Source: Bacteroidota bacterium
GTDB lineage: Bacteria > Bacteroidota > Bacteroidia > Bacteroidales > FEN-979
DNA: 40,000 nt
NCBI GenBank assembly: GCA_014382125.1
Contig: JACNKI010000130.1
Location: forward strand, 1-40,000
Reading direction: 5' to 3'
Positions 26,577 through 34,748 of this stretch are shown here, piece after piece. How positions within the stretch are numbered: the stretch's first letter is position 1; the number at the start of each line of letters is the position of its first letter. The notes beneath the pieces were generated by a model that was not told the DNA's origin, did not search any database, and worked only from the letters and a program-made list of their open reading frames with translations. The translations under genes and the position numbers were made by a program.

Positions 26577-26609
26577 ATTGACTTAATTTTTATAGAGTTG
26601 TATATTTGT
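26577..26609 (+). promoter_or_regulatory. putative Bacteroidota-type promoter (-33 aTTG / -7 TATATTTG) upstream of the distal tail genes
   Basis: TATATTTG at 26601-26608 matches the Bacteroides -7 consensus TAnnTTTG. ATTG at 26577-26580 lies 20 bp upstream. The box is 26 nt before the ATG at 26634. This 58-nt gap is the only real intergenic gap on the + strand. Confidence 0.3.
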
Positions 26610-26633
26610 AAGTAAGTAAATAAAAATACGATC

Positions 26634-27740
26634 ATGGCAACATTTTCAATAGGCTTAACCAAAGATTTTGATGAAAGCCAGATAGCGGTAAAAGACATCA
26701 CAACGTACCCGCAGACAGTTAACACGGTGAGCATGACACAGGAGAAGATATCCCGGATCATGCTTTATTCAACCGATGCTTTCGTTGCTGACTTCAACTC
26801 CAACTTTGCTAACCCGGGAAGTGCCGTATTGGATGCGGAATGGATATTTCCAACGGATAACGATACCGTTTACAGCGTTTCGATGTATACTGGTATCGAT
26901 TGGGATGCTGTCACAGTCGATTGCGACTCATGGGCAATAGCATTCTATGACGGGGACTTCTGGATCAACAAGTCGGTAAACACAAAAGACACCGGCACGG
27001 ATCCTACGCCACGGGACGATAACGACTGGGCCAGGTTGTATGTGGGGGCGGCTATTGACTTCACTGCTCTTGGCGGATCAAACTATGCTGCCATCACGGA
27101 AGCGCAGATGAGGGATATCCTTGAGACTTCACGTTCCACCTCTTCCGTCACCGAGGCTGATGACGGCCTTGCCCAGACGGAAGGGGATCCTTTCACGATT
27201 GCAAAGACAGACTGCCATGAGTGGACTATAACGAGTAACCTGGCGGTGGATATACCTATGACGATAGAACTTCTCGATGTAGATTACTCTTCTGTTGATG
27301 ATTCGCTTACATTTTCCGGCAGTGAAGCCCTGATTGACCTTGATGATTATGATTCAGGTGGTGATGGAGCATATTTGGTTAAAATCGTATATACCGTAAG
27401 TGCAATAGAGAATACGATTTATCTTCCTATCTATGAGTTTTGTGATGCAGAGGACTGCTATATGCAGTTGTTCCAGTATATATTATGTCATTGCAGTGAC
27501 CCGTGTGATGATTGTGATGATGATTATGCAACAAGGAAGTATGATCTTGATATGATCGGTCATGCCTTGTTCCAGATAAAACAATATGTCTATTTGGATA
27601 AGTATCAGTATATGGGAATTATGAACATCAATGATACCCGTCAAGACCTTATTGATACAATATCCCTTATGATAGATAAATTAAGTATAATTGTTGATCG
27701 TTGTGGCCTTTGCGATGATGATGACGATAATGAAATTTAA
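26634..27740 (+). CDS. acidic, Cys/Asp-rich virion (tail-distal) protein, function unassigned
   Basis: The ORF is 368 aa with an ATG start. The protein is highly acidic. Its C-terminal region reads EFCDAEDCYMQLFQYILCHCSDPCDDCDDD ... DRCGLCDDDDDNEI. Confidence 0.8.
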   Translation: MATFSIGLTKDFDESQIAVKDITTYPQTVNTVSMTQEKISRIMLYSTDAFVADFNSNFANPGSAVLDAEWIFPTDNDTVYSVSMYTGIDWDAVTVDCDSWAIAFYDGDFWINKSVNTKDTGTDPTPRDDNDWARLYVGAAIDFTALGGSNYAAITEAQMRDILETSRSTSSVTEADDGLAQTEGDPFTIAKTDCHEWTITSNLAVDIPMTIELLDVDYSSVDDSLTFSGSEALIDLDDYDSGGDGAYLVKIVYTVSAIENTIYLPIYEFCDAEDCYMQLFQYILCHCSDPCDDCDDDYATRKYDLDMIGHALFQIKQYVYLDKYQYMGIMNINDTRQDLIDTISLMIDKLSIIVDRCGLCDDDDDNEI

Positions 27741-28164
27741 GATGGCAGATTTTTTCAGCGAAGAAGATTTTATACCGGAAGTAACCGATTCCGATGAACT
27801 TGCATTTGAATACATAAGTGCTGTTTCTGTTGAATCTGATCGTCTTTTTAATAAGATGATCGCCAATGAACTGTTCGGGAAAAAAGATGAGGATATAATG
27901 TGGAAATTCAAATTATATCATCACCTGTTCACTTTTTTGAAAATAATCGAAGAGAGACAATCTTTAGAAGGAGAAACCTCTGCATATTATATTGACCTTT
28001 ATAATATTGAATGTATACGTAAAGGACTGTTATGCTACGGAATAAAAGATGATTTAATAAGTAAAGCCTTCGATATCTATGACCTTGATACCGATGAGGA
28101 TGATGAAGAGGGGATCGGTGGAATGTCAATCGAAGGAAGTGTTGATCCATTTCAAATAACATAG
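27730..28164 (+). CDS. acidic hypothetical protein (possible fibre-associated/adaptor protein)
   Basis: The track start at 27691 is TTG. In-frame ATGs occur at 27715, 27718, 27721, 27730 and 27742, so the start is ambiguous. The upstream stop is at 27738-27740. The gene ends 2 nt before the next ATG. Confidence 0.65.
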   Translation: MKFKMADFFSEEDFIPEVTDSDELAFEYISAVSVESDRLFNKMIANELFGKKDEDIMWKFKLYHHLFTFLKIIEERQSLEGETSAYYIDLYNIECIRKGLLCYGIKDDLISKAFDIYDLDTDEDDEEGIGGMSIEGSVDPFQIT

Positions 28165-28166
28165 TC

Positions 28167-29813
28167 ATGCCAAAATTAAGAACGTGGTTTTTTAACCAAC
28201 CGACAAGCACATCAGGGAAAAGGTTTGTAACGAACAACCGTCCAAACCAGTATTGTTTTTCTGAACTGGTAAACAGCACCGCATTCAAGCTCGAAGCGGA
28301 TGATACCGCATCGGAAGCGGGACAGGGACTTGTAAAGCTCTGTACGGATGTCAATGCCAAAATACGTACAAGTGCTGCATCCGGTATGCAGACCGTTGTC
28401 CGGCCACACCAGATACCCAGTATAGAGTATCTCGACGGGACAGAACCCACCGTAGCTGTTCCGGGGACTCCCAATGCCGGATTGTCAATCACGGCCCAGG
28501 ACACAACGGTAACAGGCGGGAAAAGGCTGAATTTCAGGGTATCGTTTGATCCGTATTATCTGACGGCAAAAGGAACACCTGTTGCAGCAGACTCGATCCC
28601 GATCGTTGACTCGGAAGCATCGAATGTTCCAAAGAAGATCACGATCACAAGCCTTATGGCTCTGGTTGCAGGAGCTTACTGGACAAATGCAGGATCAGAA
28701 CTCTATCCGGCAGTTGCGGATCCGGTGAAGTTTCTCGGGAACACCTATTTCAATTTTGGAGCTGACAGATATTTCTATATTAAACAGCATGACTCTTCTC
28801 ACGGTGACGACCTTCACATCAGGGGCGGTCATTCACATAACGTAGGAACACTTACCGGTGGGCATTTATGGCTTTATGGCGGTACCGGGAATGGTGGTGG
28901 TGTAAAAGGTAATACATATGTCGCATATAACTCCTCATCTGTGGGTTATGTCGGAATCCGTGGAACAGCAGGATCAACCGGCTATGAAACGAAAGTAACC
29001 GGTGGATTAGAAGTAACAGCATTATTTAAGTATGGAACAAGTACGCCTGATGCTTCTACACAATTTGTTGTAACGGATGCCAATGGCGTAGCTAAATTAA
29101 CGACTCCGAGGTTAGCGATGGATTTGATTCTCGCAACTACTATGGGGGCAACAAAAGCCATTACGGTTTATGATGGTGCTGGCCAATGGGGAAAACTTGA
29201 TATCGGGGCATCGGATAAATACCTTCGTGTAACAGCCGGTAACGCATTTGAATTCGGTGATCTTGTCCTGACGGGTAAGATTGTCGATGCGGATGTATCC
29301 GGAACGAATATCTTCTCCTGGACACGTATGGCTACCCTCACCCCCTCAAGAGCTATGGTAACGAATGGTAGTGGTGTTGCAAGTGTATCTGCTGTTACAT
29401 CAACTCAAATCGGATACCTCTCGACTCTTGCAAGTGATCCCCAGGTACAGATTACAAATGCACTGGAAAAATCACAAGGTAACGGAGCATTATATAAAAC
29501 CTCATCATTTTCAGTAGATTCAGAAAATGCTTCATGGTATATAATGGATATCACATCTGCAAGCGTACAAGCGGAGCTTCCTGCTTTAAGTTCTGTTGAA
29601 ACCGGTGCTACTTATAAATTTACAAAAAAGTTTTCTGCTGGTGCTTTTGCTGCTACGGTAGTACCAAAAGCAGCTTCGGGAGATGCAATTTATGGCCCTA
29701 CGCATGTTGGTGCAGCTACATTAACGATAGGTGGCGTAACAATGGGTTCAATTTCATTGGTAAAAGTAAGTGCAACACATTGGGAACTGGTAGAGACTAT
29801 TGTTACTGTATAA
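28167..29813 (+). CDS. tail fibre / receptor-binding-like protein
   Basis: The ORF is 548 aa. The N-terminal ASEAGQGLVKLCTDVNAKIRTSAASGMQTVVRPHQI resembles the widespread fibre motif (AS.t.aG.v.lAT..e...g....avTP..l). The body is Gly/Thr/Ser/Val-rich and beta-like. It is the last gene of the virion operon. Confidence 0.6.
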   Translation: MPKLRTWFFNQPTSTSGKRFVTNNRPNQYCFSELVNSTAFKLEADDTASEAGQGLVKLCTDVNAKIRTSAASGMQTVVRPHQIPSIEYLDGTEPTVAVPGTPNAGLSITAQDTTVTGGKRLNFRVSFDPYYLTAKGTPVAADSIPIVDSEASNVPKKITITSLMALVAGAYWTNAGSELYPAVADPVKFLGNTYFNFGADRYFYIKQHDSSHGDDLHIRGGHSHNVGTLTGGHLWLYGGTGNGGGVKGNTYVAYNSSSVGYVGIRGTAGSTGYETKVTGGLEVTALFKYGTSTPDASTQFVVTDANGVAKLTTPRLAMDLILATTMGATKAITVYDGAGQWGKLDIGASDKYLRVTAGNAFEFGDLVLTGKIVDADVSGTNIFSWTRMATLTPSRAMVTNGSGVASVSAVTSTQIGYLSTLASDPQVQITNALEKSQGNGALYKTSSFSVDSENASWYIMDITSASVQAELPALSSVETGATYKFTKKFSAGAFAATVVPKAASGDAIYGPTHVGAATLTIGGVTMGSISLVKVSATHWELVETIVTV

Positions 29814-29828
29814 TCTCCCAGACGGGTT

Positions 29829-29859
29829 AAAAAAAACTCCGGGCCTTTCAACCCGGAGT
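29829..29859. terminator. intrinsic terminator hairpin between the convergent operons
   Basis: The stem pairs ACTCCGGG (29836-29843) with CCCGGAGT (29852-29859) around an 8-nt loop. An A8 run on the + strand (29829-29836) becomes a T-tract directly after the hairpin on the - strand. This is a strong terminator for the - operon but a hairpin only for the + operon. Confidence 0.75.
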
Positions 29860-29878
29860 CTCGCAAACCACCTACTTA

Positions 29879-30595
29879 TCACCCTTCATATATCAATATA
29901 TCAGGGGCAATTCCTCTGATCTTTTCGATCTCTATATCAATTTTGGTATCCCGGTAATCCATCCTTATCTCTTTGGCCTCAACGCTTGCCAACAGGCAAT
30001 CCATTTCATGGTCACGGGGATTGATGTGGATTTCAACTTCAAATTTCTTCTTCTCTCCGCCTTTGAAGATCGGCATATGCAGAACAAACGCCTTGGGGAT
30101 ATTGCTCTCTACGATCTGGTTCATCAGGTCACGCTTGTTTCCGACATCATCAGATTTGGATTCCATGTCTTTGTTTACTTTTCCTTTAAAGGCACGGAGT
30201 TCCGCAACGAGCTTCATGGCTATCGTACTATCTTCGAAGCACCAGCGATGCATTTTGATAAAATCAGAAAGCTCTCTCGGGTTCCTTTCAGTGGGTGTGT
30301 TGATACCGAAGGCAACGAAGTCTTCATGTAGTTCCATTGCACCGACAACATTCCCGGCATAGTAACTTGTCTCATTAAATTCAAGATCGATCCTCATCTT
30401 GTCTGACAGCCTGCTGATCTCTATATTTGCAGATAACTGGTCAATAGTTGCGATTCTCTTTTCGAGAAATCTCGATACCGTATCAATATTGCCATTGATT
30501 TGAAGCTTTTCCGGTTCACGGAGTTCTAATGCTTGTCCTTGTCTGATCTCTAAGGTTTCTGTACCTTCTTTTACTGTTACATTTAATTCTTCCAT
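29879..30595 (-). CDS. hypothetical protein (238 aa), last gene of - strand operon
   Basis: The ORF has an ATG start and is followed 20 nt later by the terminator. No motif was recognised. Confidence 0.8.
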   Translation of the reverse strand: MEELNVTVKEGTETLEIRQGQALELREPEKLQINGNIDTVSRFLEKRIATIDQLSANIEISRLSDKMRIDLEFNETSYYAGNVVGAMELHEDFVAFGINTPTERNPRELSDFIKMHRWCFEDSTIAMKLVAELRAFKGKVNKDMESKSDDVGNKRDLMNQIVESNIPKAFVLHMPIFKGGEKKKFEVEIHINPRDHEMDCLLASVEAKEIRMDYRDTKIDIEIEKIRGIAPDILIYEG

Positions 30596-30613
30596 TTGTA
30601 ATGGTTTTTATGA

Positions 30614-30805
30614 TTAATGATTTGATTTTATTTCTTTACCTTTTATATCAAAAAAGATCTTTAATCCGAATATTCTATAATATAATCCTTCCTGATATTT
30701 ATTACAATTTTTACAAAAACGTACAGTAGCGGTTAGTATTCTTGTATCGCTTCTGTAATTAACCCATCCGTAAGTGAATTCATGTTTATGAAACATTTTT
30801 CTCAT
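30614..30805 (-). CDS. hypothetical small protein with single CxxC (63 aa)
   Basis: The ATG at 30805 sits in an ATGA overlap with the upstream mini-gene stop. The protein contains RFCKNCNKY. Confidence 0.55.
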   Translation of the reverse strand: MRKMFHKHEFTYGWVNYRSDTRILTATVRFCKNCNKYQEGLYYRIFGLKIFFDIKGKEIKSNH

Positions 30806-30951
30806 ACAAATTTATTTTTACAATTTGAACATTCGTATACTTCTATCCATGTGGTGTTGATTAATTCGGAATGTGAATAAGCTACAAATCCGGCACCGCA
30901 TTTTGGACAGTTATGAAATATTTGTTTAAGATATTTTATAAATTTTCTCAT
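30802..30951 (-). CDS. zinc-ribbon mini-protein (49 aa, not in ORF track)
   Basis: Manual translation gives MRKFIKYLKQIFHNCPKCGAGFVAYSHSELINTTWIEVYECSNCKNKFV, with CPKC and CSNC pairs. ATGA overlaps occur at both ends (30948-30951 and 30802-30805). Confidence 0.65.
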   Translation of the reverse strand: MRKFIKYLKQIFHNCPKCGAGFVAYSHSELINTTWIEVYECSNCKNKFV

Positions 30952-31541
30952 GGAATATAACAGTTTGTGGGATTATCTTTATGAACGTCTATAAGAGGAC
31001 AGGTTTTCTCACGGAATTGCTTTAGGTTAAACGGATTCATAATGATATGGACTCCTTTTTTAGATGGTATCAATGTGACGAATTTGTTAATGCCTATCGG
31101 CTCACACTCCCTTTCGGCAATCAAGACCATATTGTTTATTTCCCGTTTATTCATTTTGGTATCAATATCCAATATCCATCGAGCCGGTTTCTCATTATGT
31201 CCTTGTCCGCATGCACGGTCATAGACCCGGTAACAATGGTTGTAACTCTGGTTCGACATTGAATTCGCCAGATTAACCATCGTTTTATAAGCCACAAGGC
31301 GATAACTCCGCCTGTTTAACCGGATACATGCCCTGGCGTTAAAGTGGTCGCAGAGAGCTTTAATTTGATCCATGTGTTCAATCAAATATTCTACGCTGTT
31401 GATGAAATAGTTCCGGATTACTTTTGATGCGGAACCGAGTTCTTTATGTTCTGACTTTCGTTGAAGGATTTGAAGGTAATAGAAGTCGTCTTCACTGTCG
31501 AATTCCAGCAGGGGGATGATTTTATTGAGATTATCAACCAT
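30948..31541 (-). CDS. hypothetical protein (197 aa), partner of the DUF5131-like gene
   Basis: The ATG start overlaps the upstream gene by 8 nt. The protein contains WILDIDTK and KKGVHIIMNPF, but no family could be assigned by eye. Confidence 0.75.
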   Translation of the reverse strand: MVDNLNKIIPLLEFDSEDDFYYLQILQRKSEHKELGSASKVIRNYFINSVEYLIEHMDQIKALCDHFNARACIRLNRRSYRLVAYKTMVNLANSMSNQSYNHCYRVYDRACGQGHNEKPARWILDIDTKMNKREINNMVLIAERECEPIGINKFVTLIPSKKGVHIIMNPFNLKQFREKTCPLIDVHKDNPTNCYIP

Positions 31542-32196
31542 TTTTTATTCTTGATAAGTTATTTTTTTGATGAATTGTCGTGTATTTTGATAACTCTGAA
31601 ATGAGCCTGTCAATCTTTTCTTTGGATGGTTCTGGTAATCCGTGTCCTTTACTATCAGCACCGATGTTTACTTGTTGTGGTTCACATATTTTTAACATCT
31701 CAATAAATTCCGGTAAATCAAAATCCATAATTGGTTCAATAGTAATATAGAGTGGGTGTCTAATCCATTTCATCTGATCTACCCTTTCAGTTGGAGTTGG
31801 ACAATTTCTCATAATATCTTTATAGTGACGGTTGGTTTCCAGAGTAACGCATACGCTGGATTCGTAAACGAGTATTCTGCGTATATTTTCGGGATTTTTA
31901 GTTTGAAATAAGTATTTATTAAGATCATATTTGCCACAATGTTGAAGAGTTTTTACAATCCAATCGTTTGGTATATCCGTTGCCCACATGTCACAACTTG
32001 ATCCAACGAAAATAAAATTATTCTCACCCAAATCTGTATTGAGTTCTTTTTCGTCAAAGCGAATTGGTTTTTGAGGAAATCGTTTCATATAACAATATGA
32101 ACATCCGTGGGGGCACATTCCTTTAACGGTATTCCAAGTATGGGTTATCCATCCTTGATACATATTTGATCCAATTTTTACTTTGTTTAATGACAT
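31534..32196 (-). CDS. DUF5131 (phage Gp37/Gp68)-like, radical-SAM-like CxxxCxxC protein
   Basis: The N-terminus WNTVKGMCPHGCSYCYM carries a CxxxCxxC motif at nt 32092-32115. It compares with the family pattern WNP..GC.....GC..CYA. This is followed by IFVGSSCDMW...IPNDWI...LFQTKNP, which resembles iFv.SmsDlf..vp...i...f.iLTKrp. Confidence 0.55.
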   Translation of the reverse strand: MSLNKVKIGSNMYQGWITHTWNTVKGMCPHGCSYCYMKRFPQKPIRFDEKELNTDLGENNFIFVGSSCDMWATDIPNDWIVKTLQHCGKYDLNKYLFQTKNPENIRRILVYESSVCVTLETNRHYKDIMRNCPTPTERVDQMKWIRHPLYITIEPIMDFDLPEFIEMLKICEPQQVNIGADSKGHGLPEPSKEKIDRLISELSKYTTIHQKNNLSRIKNG

Positions 32197-32229
32197 GATC
32201 TGGAAATTTATCTTAAATATATTCCGAGT

Positions 32230-32667
32230 TTACTCATGGCTTTGAAGAGTCGTCTGCATCTCATTCGGCATTAACCTTCGGGTACTAAGCTTATTTCCTT
32301 CTTTATCGTAGAGATGCATATTGTTATTGGCATGATCAGCCATTCGGTATACTTTGTCCGTCATGGAGAACTGGCCGGTACGGATTGTAACAAGCATCAT
32401 CTTTTGCCTGGCCCGTGCCGGTTTTAATTGTGTACTGTATTGAAGTTTGAGTGCGGCAAGTTCCTCTTCTTTAGCTGTAATCTCGATAGAGAGTTTTGCG
32501 TATTCTGCATTTGCCTGTTCCACCTGTTCTTCTGTAAGAGGTTTTGAGTATGTTTCTACTTCGACTGCATATGCATTGGCAGATAGTAATTCTTCTCTTT
32601 CTTCTACCGGGCAATCTGAAAAGATCACTGGTGGGAATGGCTCACTTTTTTTTGTTTTTTTTGGCAT
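32230..32667 (-). CDS. hypothetical coiled-coil protein (145 aa from ATG)
   Basis: The track start at 32736 is GTG. The ATG at 32667 (MPKKTKK...) reduces the overlap with the upstream gene to 26 nt. Confidence 0.7.
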   Translation of the reverse strand: MPKKTKKSEPFPPVIFSDCPVEEREELLSANAYAVEVETYSKPLTEEQVEQANAEYAKLSIEITAKEEELAALKLQYSTQLKPARARQKMMLVTIRTGQFSMTDKVYRMADHANNNMHLYDKEGNKLSTRRLMPNEMQTTLQSHE

Positions 32668-32920
32668 AATGTTTTCGTTTTGATATGATGGTTGCTTTTG
32701 TTGCAAATTTAATTTTCTTATCGTATTCTTCTTCACTTAAAACAGCCGGAACCCACTGGTCTAAACTACGAGAATAGTAGAATAAGTTATAGTCTTTATC
32801 GGATCCCAGATCGTTTGGATGTGGTTTTATATTACTTGCATAAACACCTAATTCTGTTATACACCATATTTCTCTGTTGGGGATCTCTCTTATCGGAATA
32901 TTTTCAGGTTTCTTATCCAT
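32642..32920 (-). CDS. hypothetical protein (92 aa)
   Basis: The ORF has an ATG start and a Lys-rich C-terminus. It is packed within the operon. Confidence 0.6.
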   Translation of the reverse strand: MDKKPENIPIREIPNREIWCITELGVYASNIKPHPNDLGSDKDYNLFYYSRSLDQWVPAVLSEEEYDKKIKFATKATIISKRKHYAKKNKKK

Positions 32921-33312
32921 CGTTTTAATTTAAAAATTAATAGTTCTCTATAATAGTATTCTCTTCCCCTGATAACAATATCTTTAGGGTTGTAGGGCTT
33001 ATCCATTTTTGGTGTCTTCCAATCGAATGTGGCTTCCGGTTCAACAGCTTGTTCCGGTTCCGGTTTTTTTATCTTTTTGACATCGGTGAATGTGATGATA
33101 AGAAGGACTTCTTTCTCTTCATTCCAATCGATCTTTTTCAATATCTCCTTGTAATCAACTGATGTAACAGGATAATTTGATTTGGTAATTGCAACGAAAC
33201 TGTATTCTCTTTTTGGCAGCTGGTTTCCTATTAACGGTAGGATGTCATCGTATTCTTTTTCCGGAAGGATAACATACCAGATCTTCTCCGAGATCGCATT
33301 AAATAGTATCAT
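32890..33312 (-). CDS. hypothetical protein (140 aa)
   Basis: The ATG at 33312 overlaps the upstream stop, since the upstream gene ends at 33309. Confidence 0.65.
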   Translation of the reverse strand: MILFNAISEKIWYVILPEKEYDDILPLIGNQLPKREYSFVAITKSNYPVTSVDYKEILKKIDWNEEKEVLLIITFTDVKKIKKPEPEQAVEPEATFDWKTPKMDKPYNPKDIVIRGREYYYRELLIFKLKRWIRNLKIFR

Positions 33313-33527
33313 TTTACTTTATATTTACGTTCAGCATCTTCGATAATTGTCTTTAATTCTTTCATTCTGTCGATACCCAGTTTTTGGATACAAAGTTCGA
33401 TATTTGCCCTGTACTTTAGTTCTTTTTTATTAAGAACACCTAATCTCTTTATGATAGAATCCTTTTCGTTTCTAAGAACGATGATCCTTATCTTCGATGC
33501 AAGATATAATAATTCAAGATCAGTCAT
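33309..33527 (-). CDS. hypothetical protein (72 aa from ATG 33527)
   Basis: The track start at 33596 would overlap the upstream gene by 73 nt. The ATG at 33527 instead forms an ATGA overlap with the upstream stop (33524-33527). Confidence 0.6.
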   Translation of the reverse strand: MTDLELLYLASKIRIIVLRNEKDSIIKRLGVLNKKELKYRANIELCIQKLGIDRMKELKTIIEDAERKYKVK

Positions 33528-33778
33528 AATTTTATAACTCCGTCTGTTTCTGTTATTTTTATATAAATGCGTTTTTGAATCAGCCATGGGATCCATTTGT
33601 CCCAGAAATTCTTATCCACATAATGAGGTTCGTATTCTTCTGAATGGAACGTATGAACCCAGAATTTAAGGTTGTGGCGTAGCTTCCCTTTTGAAATGAA
33701 ATCAGACCTGTAAGCTATCCTTACATTCTTTGGCCTACAACTCAATTCCTTCTGATTCTTTGATTTGTCTAAGGCCAT
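33524..33778 (-). CDS. hypothetical protein (84 aa)
   Basis: The ORF has an ATG start and overlaps the end of the RuvC-like gene by 44 nt. Confidence 0.5.
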   Translation of the reverse strand: MALDKSKNQKELSCRPKNVRIAYRSDFISKGKLRHNLKFWVHTFHSEEYEPHYVDKNFWDKWIPWLIQKRIYIKITETDGVIKL

Positions 33779-34208
33779 AATGCATAATTAATACTGAGTC
33801 TGCGTTTTCTCTGGTTACATTGGAGTCCGGATAAAGCTGTTGTGCTTTCTCTTTGAGTTTATTCTTCCACATCGCAGGAGACATTTTCCCTCTTGTCCCG
33901 AGAGAATACCATCGTGTCCATGCTTGGGGGGTCACATATTGCGTTCTGAAACGCATGGCAACAGTGAACGCTTCAAGTCGTCCAAATGCTTGCCCGAATT
34001 TAAATGATGATGCAACGCCTTGTTTTGGCATACTATGAACTTTCTCTATGAAAACATAGATTAGGTATCCACTTAATGAAGTGCTTGTAAAGACGTTGAA
34101 AATATCGGTTATTGTTTTCGGCATATTGATAGCCTCTACAATTTCTTCCTTCCAAATGGCTATTCCGCCACTTACGCCAGGATCTATTCCTATGATTGCT
34201 TTTTTCAT
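33735..34208 (-). CDS. RuvC-like Holliday junction resolvase
   Basis: The N-terminal MKKAIIGIDPGVSGGIA carries the catalytic Asp motif. VFIEKV supplies the acidic residue. KQGVASSFKFGQAFG and ENADSVLIMHYG match the phage RuvC-type motif order. The start is in an ATGA overlap. Confidence 0.8.
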   Translation of the reverse strand: MKKAIIGIDPGVSGGIAIWKEEIVEAINMPKTITDIFNVFTSTSLSGYLIYVFIEKVHSMPKQGVASSFKFGQAFGRLEAFTVAMRFRTQYVTPQAWTRWYSLGTRGKMSPAMWKNKLKEKAQQLYPDSNVTRENADSVLIMHYGLRQIKESEGIEL

Positions 34209-34360
34209 GATTTTTGTTTTTTTAATGTATTTCGATATTTTCTTCTGAGTTTTTTAAACTCCTCCGTTTTTGATATAGAGTCGCACCAGGTATTCCAATT
34301 ATCTTTTCCAGGGAGAGTATCCATATTAAAGACTGCTATTATTTGTGATAATCTACTCAT
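34205..34360 (-). CDS. hypothetical small protein (51 aa from ATG 34360)
   Basis: The track start at 34399 is TTG. The ATG at 34360 lies immediately after the upstream stop (TAG at 34362-34364). Confidence 0.5.
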   Translation of the reverse strand: MSRLSQIIAVFNMDTLPGKDNWNTWCDSISKTEEFKKLRRKYRNTLKKQKS

Positions 34361-34361
34361 A

Positions 34362-34748
34362 CTATAACAATATACCTTGAGGTTTATAATTCGGATCAAG
34401 GAACTTCTGTAATCCGTAAGCGGATTTGCGGATAGCTGAAGCTCTTTCGAATAAAGATTTGATTTGTAATTCGATTATGTCCTTATTATATGATAAATAA
34501 TATCCTTTACTTGTCGCAATAACCGGCAAGATACCATTAACCCGTAAATAATTCACCATTTTACGAAGCCTTGGCCCGCTAAATTTTTCAACTTTGCATC
34601 GTGTTGCCATCTTCCTGCAAAGGTCATTGGAATAGATAGCGTTTTCCTGGTCAGCATGTTCTTGTAATATCTGTATTAAATTCGGAAGCATGGAAAATTC
34701 ATCTTCCGACAACTCTTTTGTAACCTCTTCAAAATTTGTTACTGTCAT
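34362..34748 (-). CDS. winged-helix DNA-binding protein (tentative)
   Basis: SGPRLRKMVNYLRVNGILPVIATSKGYYL is typical of a wHTH recognition helix plus wing (SG.rlR..v..Lr..G.pI.s...GYy). The start is in an ATGA overlap. Confidence 0.5.
   Translation of the reverse strand: MTVTNFEEVTKELSEDEFSMLPNLIQILQEHADQENAIYSNDLCRKMATRCKVEKFSGPRLRKMVNYLRVNGILPVIATSKGYYLSYNKDIIELQIKSLFERASAIRKSAYGLQKFLDPNYKPQGILL

Noticed and set aside
27929-28504. A 191-aa - strand ORF spanning the junction of two + strand genes.
   Set aside because: It is antisense to two well-supported tail genes and crosses their boundary. Its sequence is Ser/Val/Leu-rich and has no motifs.
29973-30362. Two + strand ORFs (129 and 107 aa) opposite the 238-aa - strand gene.
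   Set aside because: They lie beyond the terminator that closes the + operon. They are shadow frames of a gene that fits the - operon packing.
30948-31541. Reading WILDIDTK / KKGVHII / LIDVHKD in the 197-aa protein as archaeo-eukaryotic primase (AEP) motifs I-III.
   Set aside because: The protein is short for an AEP domain, and the motifs are 3-5 residues long with atypical spacing. The idea cannot be supported without a profile or structure search, so the gene is left as hypothetical.
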